Assembly: GCA_032718475.1 (NCBI GenBank)
Contig: JAUCBJ010008373.1
Span: 1 to 64,000, forward strand
Length of the DNA stretch: 64,000 bases
Reading direction: 5' to 3'
Source of the DNA: Nemertoderma westbladi
Taxonomy: Eukaryota; Animalia; Xenacoelomorpha
Positions 49,518 through 63,761 of this stretch are shown here, piece after piece. Position 1 is the first letter of the stretch. Every line of letters begins with the position of its first letter. The translations under genes were made by a program, and so were the position numbers. The notes under the pieces were generated by a model. That model did not search any database. It was not told the DNA's origin and saw only the letters and a program-made list of their open reading frames with translations.

Positions 49518-51629
49518 ACACAACCCATAACTCAGTCCTGCAGTCTGTCAGTAAAACTGAGCTACTGCTGTACTGTAGTACTACAGTACTACTGTACTAT
49601 AACTACTGAACTACACCTGTACACATCACACAGACAGACTATGACTAGAACTGCAAAATTTGAAATTAGTTAGTAGATGACAGGTGGCATGATACATGAT
49701 AGGCCTACCAGTATGTGATGTGGGCAGTCAGTGCAGTGGGAGTGCTGGAGTGAGGGTTCTGTTTCTGTCAGTCTGTAGCATGTAGGCCTAATGCTGTAAT
49801 GCAGTAATGTGTTTGTGTTATACTGTTATATTGCTGTAATGGCTGAATGGTGCCGCAGTAGTGGGCCTACTGCTACTGCAGTACTGCAATACCTGCCAGC
49901 CTGCGTACCTCGAACCGGTAGCGTAATCTAGTATCTAGTGCAGTACCGGTACTACTGTAGTAGGCTACTGTAGTAGGCCTACCGGTACCGTAAACCGTTG
50001 AGAGCTGGTGTATCATGTATTGCTGTCTCGTCTATAGGTCTAGACTGCCATGACATTAGACTGACATGCCGTAACATTGATAGGCTATTGCAGTATTCTG
50101 ATTGAGCCTACCACTGTACCATACAGTAGGCCTAACCGTAACCTACCCGTACCGTACCGTAACCCTGTTATAGAACATACCGGTTCTGCCTAAAGATAAG
50201 CTGAGGTAAATGCTATTGTGCTATAATGGCTGCCCATAAAACATTTCGTATAAAACAGAAACTGGGACACAAACAAAAACAGAACCGACCGATACCGCAA
50301 TGGGTACGAATGAAAACAGGAAATACAATTCGCTACAACGCGAAGAGACGCCATTGGCGACGAACGAAACTCAAGTTGTAGTTTATATGTTATATCTCAG
50401 TATGTGGAGGCGGGAGAGTTGGAAAAAAACTGCAGTGGTGAGACAAGGTGGAAGATCTGAGGATAAGTAGGCCTACTCCGAACCTCGCCCGCTACGCTGG
50501 CTGAGTTGATGGTAAACGGTAAACTGTCGATGAATTTTCAATCAGACTGTGGTGTGGTATCCAGTATTCGCTATTTCCTGGTGTACTTCAATTTTCTTTA
50601 TTGTTGGAAATTAAGGTTCCATTTACATTTTGATTGTTCATTGTGTGCCTAGGTGAACGTTGGTTATTCCACTTCTGAATATTTGATCAGTTTACATTAC
50701 CAGTGACTCCTCCGGTGCATTTTCTAGATTTGTTAGCCATGGCTGGTTATATCTGTATATAACACATATAAAAGTTAATTGTTAAACTGAGATTAAAAAA
50801 TATTTTAATTCCCCCCCCCCCTTCTTGATTTGATTATTTATTTCACTTATTCAAGGTGCCCTTAATCCCCCCCCCCCCCCCCCCCCCCCTCGGCCAACAC
50901 AAAGGGAATATGGGAGTAATGTATTACATAGTTGAACTACCGGGACATGGTGTATATAATAATAGGTGCCAAATAAAGTCTAGGAGAAGAAGAAAAGAGA
51001 AAATAAACAACTGTATACCAATGTGACAAACAAAACGTATGGGAACGAAGCACCTTTTTCAAGTGTAAGACAAGTGTACGGTATTGAGTTTTGTTTTTTG
51101 CGTTGTTTTTATCCTTCAACGGTTGGCAAAAATTTAATTTTAAATTGTGCTCAAATTTCTGAATGTCGTGGTGTGTGTAAATATATTTTTTTTGTACAGG
51201 TATAGTAATTACTAAATGCGATATTGAGAGAACATAATCTACCACAGAAACGTAGTAACTATTATCACGACAAATATTTTATTCAAAAATAAAATATATG
51301 TAACCCCGTAGGTAGATGGGAGTGTTGGGACTGGATAATATTAATATATAACTTTATACGGTGGTGCATACTGCATATAGCATAGAGGCTATGCGAATTG
51401 ATGAATTCGGAGTTTTGTGTTCCATCATTAAAAATTTAATAATATAATTAGATTTTACTGAGGAATGCTAAATTGTATCTTACGAATTATTTTGCATTTA
51501 ACCAAAACCAGAGAACAACAAAAGGGCGTATACTAACAACAATAGGGCGTATACTAACAACAATGGTGCGTATACTAACAACAAAGGGTTTCCTCATAAT
51601 GATGATTAGCTTGCACTAAGGTGCAGTGT

Positions 51630-53545
51630 CGGCAGACCCAGAAACATAGCGCCCCCTACCGGCGGACCCAGCAACATAGCACCCCCTACAGGCGGACCCA
51701 GTAACATAGCGCCCCCAACCGGCGGACCCAGCAACATAGCGCCCCCAGATCTTGCGGTCACCCACACACAGCGCTGACGGACCCAGCAACATACAGTGCC
51801 GGTGGACCCAGCAACATAGCGCTTCCAGATCTCGCGGTAAGCCACACACAGTGATGGTAGAGCCAGCAACATAGCGCCCCCAGATCTCGCACCCAGATCT
51901 CACGGTCAGCCATACACAGTGCTGAAGGACCCAGAAACATAGCGCCCCCAGATCTCGCGGTCAGCCATACACAGTGCCGACGGACCCAGTAACATAGCGC
52001 TCCAGTTCTCACGGTCAGACATGCACACACAGTGCAGGTGGACCCAACAACATAGCGCCCCCAGATCTCGCGGTCAGCCATACACAGTGCAGGTGGACCC
52101 AACAACATAGCGCCCCCATTTCTCATGGCCAGCCACATACACAGTGCGCGGGTGAACCCAACAACCTAGCTCCCCCAGATCTCATGGCCAGCCACATACA
52201 CAGAGCAGGCGGACCCAGCAACATAGCACCCCCAGATCTCTTGGCCAGCCACATACACAGTGTAGGCGGACCCAGCAACATAGCACCCCCAGATTTCACG
52301 GTCAGCCACACACAGTGCAGGCGGACCCAGCAACATAGCGCCCCCAGATATGACGGTCAGCCTTACACAGTGCCGACAGACCCAGCAACATAGCGTCCCC
52401 AGATCTCACGATCAGCCACACACAGTGCCAGCAGACCCAGCAACATAGCGTCCCCAGATCTCACGGTCAGCCTTACACAGTGCCAGCAGACCCAGCAACA
52501 TAGCGCCCCCCACACCTCATGGCCAGACACACACAGTGCTGACAGACCCAGTAACATAGCGCCCCCAGATTTCATGGACAGCCACATACACAGTGCCGGC
52601 GGATCCAGCAACATAGCCCCCCCAGAACTCACGGTCAGCCACATACACAGTGCAGGCGGACCCAGCAACATAGCGCCCCCAGATATGACGGTCAGCCTTA
52701 CACAGTGCCGACAGACCCAGCAACATAGCGTCCCCAGATCTCACGGTCAGCCACACACAGTGCCAGCAGACCCAGCAACATAGCGTCCCCAGATCTCACG
52801 GTCAGCCTTACACAGTGCCAGCAGACCCAGCAACATAGCGCCCCCCACACCTCATGGCCAGCCACACACAGTGCTGACAGACCCAGTAACATAGCGCCCG
52901 CAGATTTCATGGACAGCCACATACACAGTGCCGGCGGATCCAGCAACATAGCCCCCCCCCCCCCCCCCCCCAGATCTCGCGGTTAGCCACACACAGTGCC
53001 AGCAGACCCAGCAACATAGCGCCCCCAGATCTCGCGGTTAGCCACACACAGTGCCAGCAGACCCAGCAACATAGCGCCCCCACACCTCATGGCCAGCCAC
53101 ACACAGTGCCGGCAAATCCAGCAACATGGCGCCCCCAGAACCCACGGTCAGCCATACACTACGCAGTGCCGGTGGACCCAGCAACATATCGCCCCCACAC
53201 CTAGTGGCGAGCCACACAGTGCGAGCGGATCCAGCAACATAGCGCCCCCAGACCTCATGGTCAGCAATACACAGTGCCAGCAGACCCAGCAACATAGCGC
53301 CCCCAGACCTCATGGTCAACACACACACAGTGCCGGTGGACCCAGCAACATAGCGCCCCCAGATCTCACGGTCAGCCATACACAGTGCCGACAGACCCAG
53401 CAACATAGCACCCCCAGATCTCGCGGTCAGCCATACACAGTGCAGGTGGACCCAACAACATAGCGCCCCCAGATCTCGCGGTCAGCCATACACAGTGCAG
53501 GTGGACCCAACAACATAGCGCCCCAGATCTCACAATCAGCCATAG
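51630..53545. repeat. ~55-bp GC-rich minisatellite (GACCCAGCAACATAGCGCCCCCAGATCTCACGGTCAGCCATACACAGTGCCGGCG)
   Basis: About 35 copies, with a 335-bp higher-order duplication (52346 vs 52681). Confidence 0.93.
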
Positions 53546-54599
53546 TTCAAAGATCTAGGAGGGGCATGTTCGGTGTCTTGCAGCAATGATTACTATATTG
53601 CTCATAGAATATTGGTTACAGGATTTGAATGTACTAATTGTAATTTTTTGTTTAACAGAACTAAACTCTACTGGTGGTGGGTTTTATATAAGCTGTTAGA
53701 ACTAGATGTATCATTGCCTATATTGGGTTACGGTTATTGTTGAGAGTTCTTTTAAATTATATTATTTTTTGTTCATCAGTAAAATTAATATTTTACATTT
53801 AATATTATTTTAACGAGCCTGAACAGTAATTAATTATAGGTTATATCGTTTCGAGAGTAGGACCATTGGAAACAGCGCCCTCGAAAACCTTAGTACAAAG
53901 AAAATTAATAAAGAGGGGCGTATAGATGATGAATATATAGTATGTGTGGAGAAATGAGTGGCAGATTGGAGAACTGCATACGGAACAGGCACCATAAAAT
54001 AAAACATCGCCCCATAGGAGATAACTGTCAAATTTCATCTCAAAAGGATTAAAAACAACCAAATGAGATCAGGTTTTCACTGTCAGACATTTCGCCCTCT
54101 AACGGTAGACTACGGAACTGTAGATGACTCCACGACTCCGTAAAGATGCAGCCTATGCTGTAGTAGATGCCAACCAAGTTTAAACCTAAGCGGATTGTAA
54201 ATAACAAAGTTGGAGACGATTTTCACTTTAAGACCATTCGCGCTCTAGCGGCAGACTAGGGAACTGTAGACTACTCTGGGTAGAGGTGTCACTTGATGAC
54301 ACCCTTTGGGCAGCTTTGTGGCAGTTGTGATAACCATTGGGTGTCAGGCGCTAATCGGTCTGATTAATTAGAATAATCAATTAAACCCCAATGAGGTGTC
54401 ATAAGACACCTACCTATTAGGGTGTAATTGTACTAATTAATTGATGACACCTGTTAATTAGGGTCTAATTAGCCTAATTAGAAGGTTTATCCAGACACTC
54501 TGGCGCCAATGACACTCTATGGGTGATAATTGGGTGTCATATGACACCCAATGGGTGTCAGTTAGGTCGTAACTGTCACAAAGCCACCCAAACTCCTAC

Positions 54600-54875
54600 T
54601 ACTCATAGCGTCCCCAGATCTCACGGTCAGCCACACACAGTGTCGATGGACCCAGCAACATAGCGCCCCAGATCTCGCGGTCAGCCATACAAACTGCCGA
54701 CGGACCCATACACAGTGACGGCGGACCCAGCAACATAGTTCCCCAGATCTCATGGTCAGTCATACACAGTGCCGGCGGACCCAGCAACATAGTGCCCCAG
54801 ATCTCACAGTCAGCCATAGGCCCTACATAGTGCGAGCGGACCCAGCAACCTAGCGCCCCCAGATCTCACGGTCTC
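54600..54875. repeat. Second block of the ~55-bp minisatellite
   Basis: Same unit as 51630-53545. Confidence 0.85.
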
Positions 54876-55020
54876 CCTTACACTTCCCTATTTCATCCCT
54901 GGTCACAGATCGGTGTCCTTAAGCATACGAGCAAGTCATTGTGGACATGCAGTATCCTGGTATCTTCCTCATAATAGCCCTTTTAAGAAAAGATCACCTC
55001 GAAGCATCGAAGCTGGTATG

Positions 55021-55492
55021 GTACCTCGGTACGGTACCTCTTGGATGGCGGTACGGTACCTCTTGGATGGCGGTACGGTACCTCATCGAGGGCGGTACGG
55101 TACCTCATCGATGGCGGTACGGTACCTCTTGGATGGCGGTACGGTACCTCTTGGATGGCGGTACGGTACCACATCGATGGCGGTACGGTACCTCATCGAT
55201 GGCGGTACGGTACCTCATCGATGGCGGTACGGTACCTCATCGATGGCGGTACGGTACCTCTTGGATGGCGGTACGGTACCTCATCGATGGCGGTACGGTA
55301 CCTCTTGGATGGCGGTACGGTACCTCATCGATGGCGGTACGGTACCTCATCGATGGCGGTACGGTACCTCATCGATGGCGGTACGGTACCTCTTGGATGG
55401 CGGTTCGGTACCTCATCGATGGCGGTACGGTACCTCATCGATGGCGGTACGGTACCTCATCGATGGCGGTACGGTACCTCATCGATGGCGGT
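55021..55492. repeat. 22-bp minisatellite (GGTACGGTACCTCATCGATGGC / ...CTCTTGGATGGC)
   Basis: About 21 copies of two interspersed variants. Confidence 0.95.
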
Positions 55493-56486
55493 CCAACAAG
55501 CAAATGATCTTTCCGTCAAGACTTTCTGACTAAATATATTTTATGTGCTCAAAATTTATAAAATCATTATCCGTTACTACTCAAATGACAATTTTTGAAT
55601 ATTTTATTTACTACTTTTTACTTTTTTAGTATGTCAAGGCTCTATTATTAGTTTGTTTGTTTGTGTGTGGCAGGAATGTTTGCACGCTAATAAGTCGGTC
55701 AACCATGAACCAAACTTGGTACACATGTAGTCTATCAAAAGTTTACAAATTCTACACACAGACAGACTTATATAGTTCATCGGTCTGCCGCTGGGGGCGA
55801 ATTGACAGAAACGTAAAAGTAGCTGTAATTATAGAACCAACCATCATCTGAAATTTGTTAGTAGTAACCTACGAGCATTGCTTAACTAGAAATTCTACAC
55901 AGATAGACTTTTGTAGTTCCTCTGTTTGCCGCTAGGGGGCGAATTGTCAGAGCGTTAGAGTTCAGCGAGCTTAGCATGGTTTAATATGCATTGCCTTTTT
56001 TCGTTCATTTTATACTGATAAAGTTAATCGATAATACTAATGTGTTATGTAAAAATAAATTACCCCCCCCCCCCCCTGGATTAGATAAGTGCCCTAAAGA
56101 TAGTCGTTTCAGAACCATAAATCATAGTAGGCATACCGGTACTGTGGCAGTTTTCATAAAAATTTATCAATTTTAACATTTTGGGTGCCTAATTCATTGT
56201 CTACTATAATTGGCGGTTGCACAGTTTCCGACAGTGTATTAAGGATTCTTGGATCAGCAAAAAACGATCTACGCTAAGCCCATCGTGTTCCGGGATATTA
56301 TTTAATTGATACACAGTACTGCGTCATTTATTAACAAACCCTTCGATAAATTAAAACCAATAATTATTGAATTTGACTATTCTATTGACATGAGTATAGA
56401 AAGTATCATTTATGTGATCCACCAGCACCTTGATAAAAGTACAAAGCACAAATTACTCAATATTACACTACAGAAAATGAAAGTAA

Positions 56487-58978
56487 TTAGGACCAAGTCA
56501 GTGCACCGTCTTTCACTTTCAATGTAACGCGAATATTAACCGAAGCTAAGTGGGTGATTAGTAAATGGAGGGCTTGGGGGAAATCGTTTACCCGACAGAT
56601 GCCGCTGGGTCCACATCGCATGCAGACCATGGAATCACCTGGTAAAATAGACAGACAACTTCCACAGGTCTCGCAGATGTAGGCAGTACGACTGTCGCAA
56701 CATCCGACCAATCTGTCGAACAACAGCTCGCTGGCCCCGTGGCTCGCTATCGCGTCTCTTTCCATCTCCCCGAACCGGATTCCACCGCCGCGTTGCCGAC
56801 CCTTTATCGGCTGACCCGTGAGGCGATCCTTCGGGCCCGTGGTTCGACATTGGAACTTATCCGACACCATGTGCCGCAGTCGTTGGTAGTAAACAGGACC
56901 CACGAAGATAGCCGCCTCTAACTCGAGTCCGCTGATACCGCTGTACAAAGGCTCGAGTCCGTGGTAATCGAAACCCGCCTCTCGAAGGTACTCGCTGAAG
57001 TACTCGATACCGGGGTTCGTATCGTTGTACTCGAACGGGGTGCCGTCGTGACAGAGGCCGTGGATGACGCCGCTCTTAGCCGCGAGAAATTCCACCAACA
57101 TACCCACGGTCATCCGAGATGGGAATCCGTGCGGGTTGAACAAAATATCCGGAATCATTCCGCTCTCAGTAAAGGGCATATCGACCGTCGGCCACAGGAA
57201 ACTGCAGACGCCTTTCTGTCCGTGACGTGTAGCAAATTTATCGCCGACGCTGGGATTCCGCGTCTCCCGCAGCACAATAACCACGTGCCGCGGCCCCACC
57301 CGGGCTCCCTCCGTCGCCCCACACAGTTTAATCTGCTCCACGTAAACTACGTCGTTCTTCTTGTATCTCTCGACTTTGTACCGCCGGGTATTCGCTTCGT
57401 ATGTGCTGTAAAACGGCGACCCCGCCGTTAACTCGCAACCAACATAGGGAAGTCCGTCCGAATCCAGATTCGGACAACCCGTCTCGTCGGGATCCAACGC
57501 GAAGGTGTAATCCAACACCGAACGTCTGCGATCGTCCACTAAGTTAATCCGGACGCCTTTATAGATGGAAGCTGCAGCCAATCCCCGTTCCATCGACGAT
57601 TTATTAATGACTATCGCGTCTTCCATATCGTAGCCAGTGTAGGAGATTACGGCGACTATAGCGTTGGTCCCCATTGGGTAGTCATCGAGATGGTATTCGT
57701 CGTAGGCTTGCGGTCGGACCAACGGCGCCTGCGGGGTCTGCAATCGGTACATCTTGTTATCAGCGCGGAAGTCCAACGCGTGCACTGAACTCCCCATCGT
57801 TTGCTTCCCCATCTGGCACTGGTATATACAGCGGGGCGCCTGGTTGTGGTCCGAGAATGGAGTCATCTTACCGAGCATGCTGAGCATACTGTCCTTGGAG
57901 AGTTCCACATGGGTGGTCTCGGTACGTCGTTCCTTTGGCTCCACCGCTATCTCCATGTACAGCTGCTCCATCGGCCCCAAGAGTTCCACCTCCGATAACT
58001 CGATGTTATAAACAGGTCGGATTAAACGCGCGGAGTTTGTGTAGATATACACGGCTGGGTAGACGCAACCGGGTCTACGTGTCGCTATCACGACGATCTC
58101 AGCATCCGACGGGAGTTTGTTGGTCGCCACTTTCATCTGACGCAGACGAGCCCCGAACTCGTCGGCGTGGTCCCGAGACACCCAGCCGACCATCCGCCCA
58201 TCGAGACAGACCGCGTAACTCCGGTTGTAGACGCCCCCTGGCGGGGACTGCACGTACGGGACCATCCCGACCGCGCAGAGCGCCGGGGCGACCCGCTCCA
58301 ACGAGGGTTCCCCGATCGTAACGTCCGCGTCCCCCGCCAGGTGGTTCAGCAGTCCGCAGGGGGTCCCGTCCGGTGTGTGAACCGGACAGATGAACCCCCA
58401 GGCCTCCGGTAGGAGGCGTCGCACTGCCGTCGTTCGCATCGTCGTAAAGAAACTCCCCCGGTGAACGCACCGGAAGTGAGTAATGAACCGGAAGTAGTTG
58501 ATTCTCTCCGCTATAACCGAGAACCCTGTGTACTGCATCAATCCAATCCCAGAGGAGCGATTGCCAACGTTACCAGTTGCTATGGTAGCCACTATAGCGA
58601 CGCAGGGGTCGGCCATGCGATTGATCGTGTTTTGTATAACAGCTGGCGATACCTGAACACTCTGAGCGCCAGTCTGCTGTAATTTCTTCAACAGGAGGTA
58701 TCGAGCGTTGGTTAGAGACGATATGAGACGGTCGCGTAGCAACATGAGTAACAATTGTCCCGGGAGTAGGATCTCCTGGTTGTGCGGCGAGTCTGGCGAC
58801 TCCAGAGCAGCTTCCCCGGACTGCACGGCGTAGAGTTTCCGCAACATAAAGGCGAGGATGTTGAATTTGTCGATGTTGTCTTCAAGATGGACAGCAACGC
58901 ACTCGGCGATGAAGAGTTTGCCGACCTCTATGTCGGTGTACCACGACGGTGCGAAGGAACTACGTCGGAAGTATTTAC
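56487..58978 (-). CDS. POLR1B: RNA polymerase I second-largest subunit RPA2, last exon
   Basis: RFITHFRCVHRGSFFTTMRTTAVRRLLPEAWGFICPVHTPDG, YTGYDMEDA, GDKFATRHGQKG, GGIRFGEMERD and a C-terminal Zn finger. Acceptor TTTCCTCTGCAG at 58979, phase 1. Confidence 0.95.
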
Positions 58979-59102
58979 CTGCAGAGGAAACAATCGAGTT
59001 TAGGAATCGCATTTAGCCTCCATTAGATGCCTCCTAGGAGGCTGAGGTCACCCAAATGGTTGTATTAATTAATTTAACCCAAAATAGTACAGAGTAATTT
59101 TT

Positions 59103-59692
59103 GGTCGACTATAGAGTTGAAACAGTGAATTGTCACTGATCTCTGTTCTCTGGATTCTCCGGACGGTTTTTTGGTCTCTGTTTCCCGGGTATCCATCAGA
59201 GATCAGTGATTTTTTCAAATTAAAAAATATATATTTAACTTGTACGACATAAAATTAAAAATATAAGATTTTTTTTCACAAATATTTTTTTACTATGAAA
59301 TATTACAACTAATGCTTAATTTTAATTATTTTTAATACGCCGCTTCCATAAAATTATATATTAACTTTTACACTATGTTTAATCATGACTCACACTAACT
59401 GTACATGCAATCTATTTAATTAAAGGTGTGTTTAATTAAGATAAATTAACACCTAAAGATAATTCTTATTTAAGGATAAGGGTGCTTAATTTGATAATTA
59501 AGTTGATAATTTAAGTTGATAATTACGTACCTGTTTGTGCTATAGTCAATTAATTGAAAGTACAAATATGCCGTAAGCAAAGTCTCTGATCTCTGGCTCT
59601 GGTCTCCGGCATTTTTTAAAATAATTCTCTGGGTAGGTCTCTGGTTCACCGGCATTACGGAAAACAGGTCTCTGTTTCAATCTAGTCGACTA
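59103..59692. mobile_element. Degenerate MITE in RPA2 intron
   Basis: Imperfect TIR GTCGACTATAGAGTTGAAACAG / CTGTTTCAATCTAGTCGAC. Confidence 0.5.
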
Positions 59693-60097
59693 TAACATAA
59701 CTTATTTTATGGTCTACCAAATCATATTGTCTGGGTCACTAAAAACTGTTCAGGATTATATTAATATTAAATTTGCGGTAGAATTGTGAAAAAACAATTA
59801 CATCGCTCCTGTGAAAATGAGGAAACAAAGGGGGCAGAAATTTCATGCGAGAAAGACAAAATGATACGATATAGTAAAAAACAAAAAGGGTAATTTATAT
59901 ATATTTCCTAAAAATAAAGGATACGTTTGTGTGACGTGAACATTTTGGTTTTTAGGATTTTAGTGTTTAGGTTCAAAGGCGCAGTAGTAAAAACAGTTAG
60001 AAAGTCAGTTGAAGGCCCTATTATATAAACATGTTTTGAGTTGAGTTTTGAATGATTCTAAATTAGTGCTAGTTCTTAAGCTAAGCGGCCCTTTCAT

Positions 60098-60790
60098 CTT
60101 GTGGGGGTGCATCATGTACCGTACAACACCTTGTGGGGGTGCATCAAGTACCGATGGGAAAACAACACCTTGAGGGGGTGCATCATGTACCGATGGGAAA
60201 ACAACACCTTGAGGGCGTGCATCATGTCAGGAAGGGAAAACAACACCTTGTGGGTGTGCATCATGTACCGAAGGGAAAACAACACCTTGTGGGGGTGCAT
60301 CATGTACCGATGGGAAAACAACACCTTGTGGGGGTGCATCATGTACCGATGGGAAAACAACACCTTGAGGGCGTGCATCATTTCAGGAAGGGAAAACAAC
60401 ACCTTGTGGGTGTGCATCATGTACCGAAGGGAAAACAACACCTTGTGGGCGTGCATCATGTACCGAAGGGAAAACAACACCTTGTGGGGGTGCATCATGT
60501 ACCGAAGGGAAAACAACACCTTGTGGATGTGCATCATGTACCGAAGGGAAAACAACACCTTGTGGGTGTACATCATGTACCGAAGGGAAAACAACACCTT
60601 GTGGGGGTGCATCATGTACCGAAGGGAAAACAATACCTTGTGGGTGTGCATCATGTACCGAAGGGAAAACAACACCTTGTGGGTGTGCATCATGTACCGA
60701 AGGGAAAACAACACCTTGTGGGGGTGAATCATGTACCGATGGGAAAACAACACCTTGTGGGGGTGCATCATGTACCGAAGGGAAAACAAC
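60098..60790. repeat. 39-bp intronic minisatellite (CCTTGTGGGGGTGCATCATGTACCGAAGGGAAAACAACA)
   Basis: About 17 copies inside the RPA2 intron. Confidence 0.95.
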
Positions 60791-61099
60791 AGCTTGCATG
60801 GATGAACAATGTCTTAAAAATGTTCGATAATAATAATTGGTAATAAAAGGCTTAAGTTAATTGAAACAAAGGTTTGCCAAAAAGTTTTTGGAGAAGTTTT
60901 TTGGACTTTTTGGAGATACTGGGATTTGGCGTAAATCCAAAGCCCTATAAATCCAATCTCCATAAAGTTTCATATCAAAACCCAGTATCTTCAAATAGTT
61001 TCATATCAAAACCCAGTATCAACGACTATGCCTCATTTAATGAGTAATAATTAAATTCTGGTAAATAGATTCCTGTTTTTTATTGGTTGGCTAAATTAA

Positions 61100-62370
61100 C
61101 CAATGGCTTCCCTTGGTTCTGACAAATTTTGGGTTCATTTCATAGCTTTGATCATCAATCGCAGAAGGTCGAAAGTCTTTTGCGTTTTTCTCAAAATGAA
61201 AAATTTGGGGATACTGGGTTTTGGAATGAAAGGGACGTAAGGGGGAGGCTGTTGAAAATAACTGGGGCAGCATGTTTAAATGCACGGGAACCAACCGTCT
61301 TTAAGTTGTATCTTGGGACCAATAAAGTCCACAGTTGTTGGGTTCTAGTCGGGTTGTAGTTTTGGATTCAACAGTACTAAAATGTAAGCCGGGGCGAGAC
61401 CATTAATCGCCTTCCACGTCATGAGTGCAATCTTGTACTCGATACGGAAGGTGACCGGCAACCAGTGAAGAGTTCGTAAAGTAGGGGTGATGTGAGACCG
61501 AACAGGTTGACCTGAAATAAGGCGGGCGCAGCTATTAAGTGCAAGTTGTAGTCTGTTGAGGGACACAGTTGGTAGATTATACAGGAGACTGTTGTTTTGA
61601 TTGATACGTGATATTATTAGAGCATTGACAAGCTTCTTCAGATTATCAGAAGACAAGTGTTCTTTAATTCGACGTATTTTCCAGTTCCTGAGGGGAAAGT
61701 TAATAGATGCTGCGAGAGTTTTAATGTGATCGCGCATATTTAGCTGACTATCGAAGCGAACTCCAAGGGTTGTTACGGTGGATAGGGATTGAGTTATCTT
61801 GCCGCCTAGAGAGACTGAGAATTCTGATGCAAAGCTCAAGAAATCATTGCCGCGTCCAATTAGTAGGATGTCTGTCTTGTCATCATTCAAGAACAGGTGA
61901 AGTTCGTCGAGTTGGACTTTGATGGCTTGAATGCAAGTTGTTATCGAAGCTTTTAGTGTCAATGAGTCAAGGCAGTCGAAAATTATGAAGATCTGGTTGT
62001 CGTCAGCGTAGATGTGGTAACCAACTTCAAGATGATCACATGCCGTAGCAATGGGTAGGCAGTAGATAAGGTACAGGATTGCTCCAAGGACTGCGCCCTG
62101 GGGAACTCCACTCAAAAGGTTTACAACTCGATAAAGTTTCCCATTTATTGAATCTACGAATGATCTATCTGGACCGTCACGTCAATGCCGATATTATGAA
62201 GTGTCTCCTGTAATATGTTGTAATCGACAAGGTCGAGGGCGGCCGATTGGTCTAAGAGAATGAGAGCTGCGAATTTACCACTATCAATAGTTTCGAGTAA
62301 ATCACTTTGTAATCTGCACAATAGTGGTTCAACAGAGTGACATTTACGATAACCCGATTTACGATAAATG
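61100..62370 (-). mobile_element. L2/CR1-group LINE RT fragment in RPA2 intron
   Basis: GVPQGAVLG, YADD, LGVRFD, LQLALNSCARLI..HITPTLRTLHWLPV..RIEYK. Upstream AALILLDQSAALDLV remnant. Confidence 0.88.
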
Positions 62371-62536
62371 TTTCTTTTTATACAAAAAAAAAAATTGTGT
62401 GTAAAATCAACATGATCATTAAAATCTAGGATCGATTGCTTTCTATTGCGGAATATAGGTAGACTGTAACTTATATTCGTAAGGATTAATAGAGATCAAT
62501 AAATTAAATAAAACATAGAGAAATCATAAACCTTAC

Positions 62537-63111
62537 CGATATACTCCAAGGCGTGATTGCGTCGATATATTGCGTGCGAGAGAACCAAATCCGCTAACAT
62601 ATACGTTATGGAACCTTCAACAGGTGTGTTACCTTCGTTCCCCTTGATAAGTTCTGTTAGTATCTCCTTGTCGGTATAATCAACCAAACAACGCAGAACT
62701 ATAGCCAAGGGAATGTTGTACGACTGTTTCTTATGGCTAAAGTTCATAACAGCCGAGCCGTTGTTCAGATAGTGTAGAACCATAAGAGACGATGATTGGT
62801 CAGGCCGCAGACATCGCATTAGAACCCCGTAGGGAGTGAACAGCTCCCCTCGCTGAGTCCAGGAATTTCGTTTAACTGCGATGGGAAAGTTCCTACGCTG
62901 CATTATCAACATCCGCACGACCTTTTCGTTGCCTTTCACTATAAAGTAACCCCCAACCTCGTTGTGCTCCTCCCTGCGTGCGACTAACTCCCGGGGTGTC
63001 AGTCCACCCAGGTTGCAGTAGTTGCTCTGTACCATAACGGGGAACTGTCCAAGAGTTCGGTCCTGCGTACCTGAGTAACCGTCCAAAGTCCAATGTATCC
63101 GAGCCATTAAC
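62537..63111 (-). CDS. POLR1B: RPA2 internal exon
   Basis: PVMVQSNYCNL, EVGGYFIVKGNEKVVRMLI. Acceptor TTTCTAG at 63112 and donor G|GTAAGG at 62536. Phases are compatible with both neighbouring exons. Confidence 0.92.
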
Positions 63112-63761
63112 CTAGAAAGTATGAAAGTCGTCGTATAACATCATGTATGGCTGTATGGGACAGGTAGTGGTGCAAATTAACCGCAAGTGCAAAAAACTTT
63201 CGTTTATTGTTTTGGTTCGAAAACAGAGTGACACGTCCTGACGTCACTGTTATACCGTTATTATAAAGATATAAATATAAAGATGATACCGTTATATAAT
63301 ATCACGCACCCACATATAGGGATGGGAAATAAATTAACTTGTCAGTGTATAAAAGAGAACGAGGTGTGGAGATAGTGTAATAATCAAAACATAGTATGAT
63401 AGTATAAGTCTACCATATATTTGTAATCAAATATATATTAATTAAGTCATTACGTAGATGAATATATATAAATATTTAATATTCATTTCCCAGGGCATGG
63501 TGTTGGTGTTGAGGTTGGACTAAAAACATATTATTATTTAGTTACAAAATTGATATCAATATTATTTATTACCTTTGGTTTGTTAGTTTTTTTTAATACT
63601 ACAGTCTGACAGTACTAGGTAGCTAGGCCTATTCTTTGGTGATCTTCACCAGTCAGTCAGTTTATCTTACTGTCTTACCGGTTAGCCGGTAGCTATATGT
63701 TATTAATAATTAGGAACTGTCTGACACTGACACTAATTAGCCTCTATTTAGGCCTACTAAC

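Noticed and set aside
51606-53463. Many short MLLGPPAL-type ORFs
   Set aside because: Products of the 55-bp minisatellite.
54913-55533. Repetitive ORFs in all three + frames
   Set aside because: Artefact of a stop-free 22-bp minisatellite.
58979-59012. RPA2 start at ORF-track Met 59012
   Set aside because: The sequence is intronic. A phase-compatible acceptor at 58979 joins the upstream exons.
60101-60843. 13-aa repeat ORFs on both strands
   Set aside because: Translation of a 39-bp intronic minisatellite, with no coding evidence.
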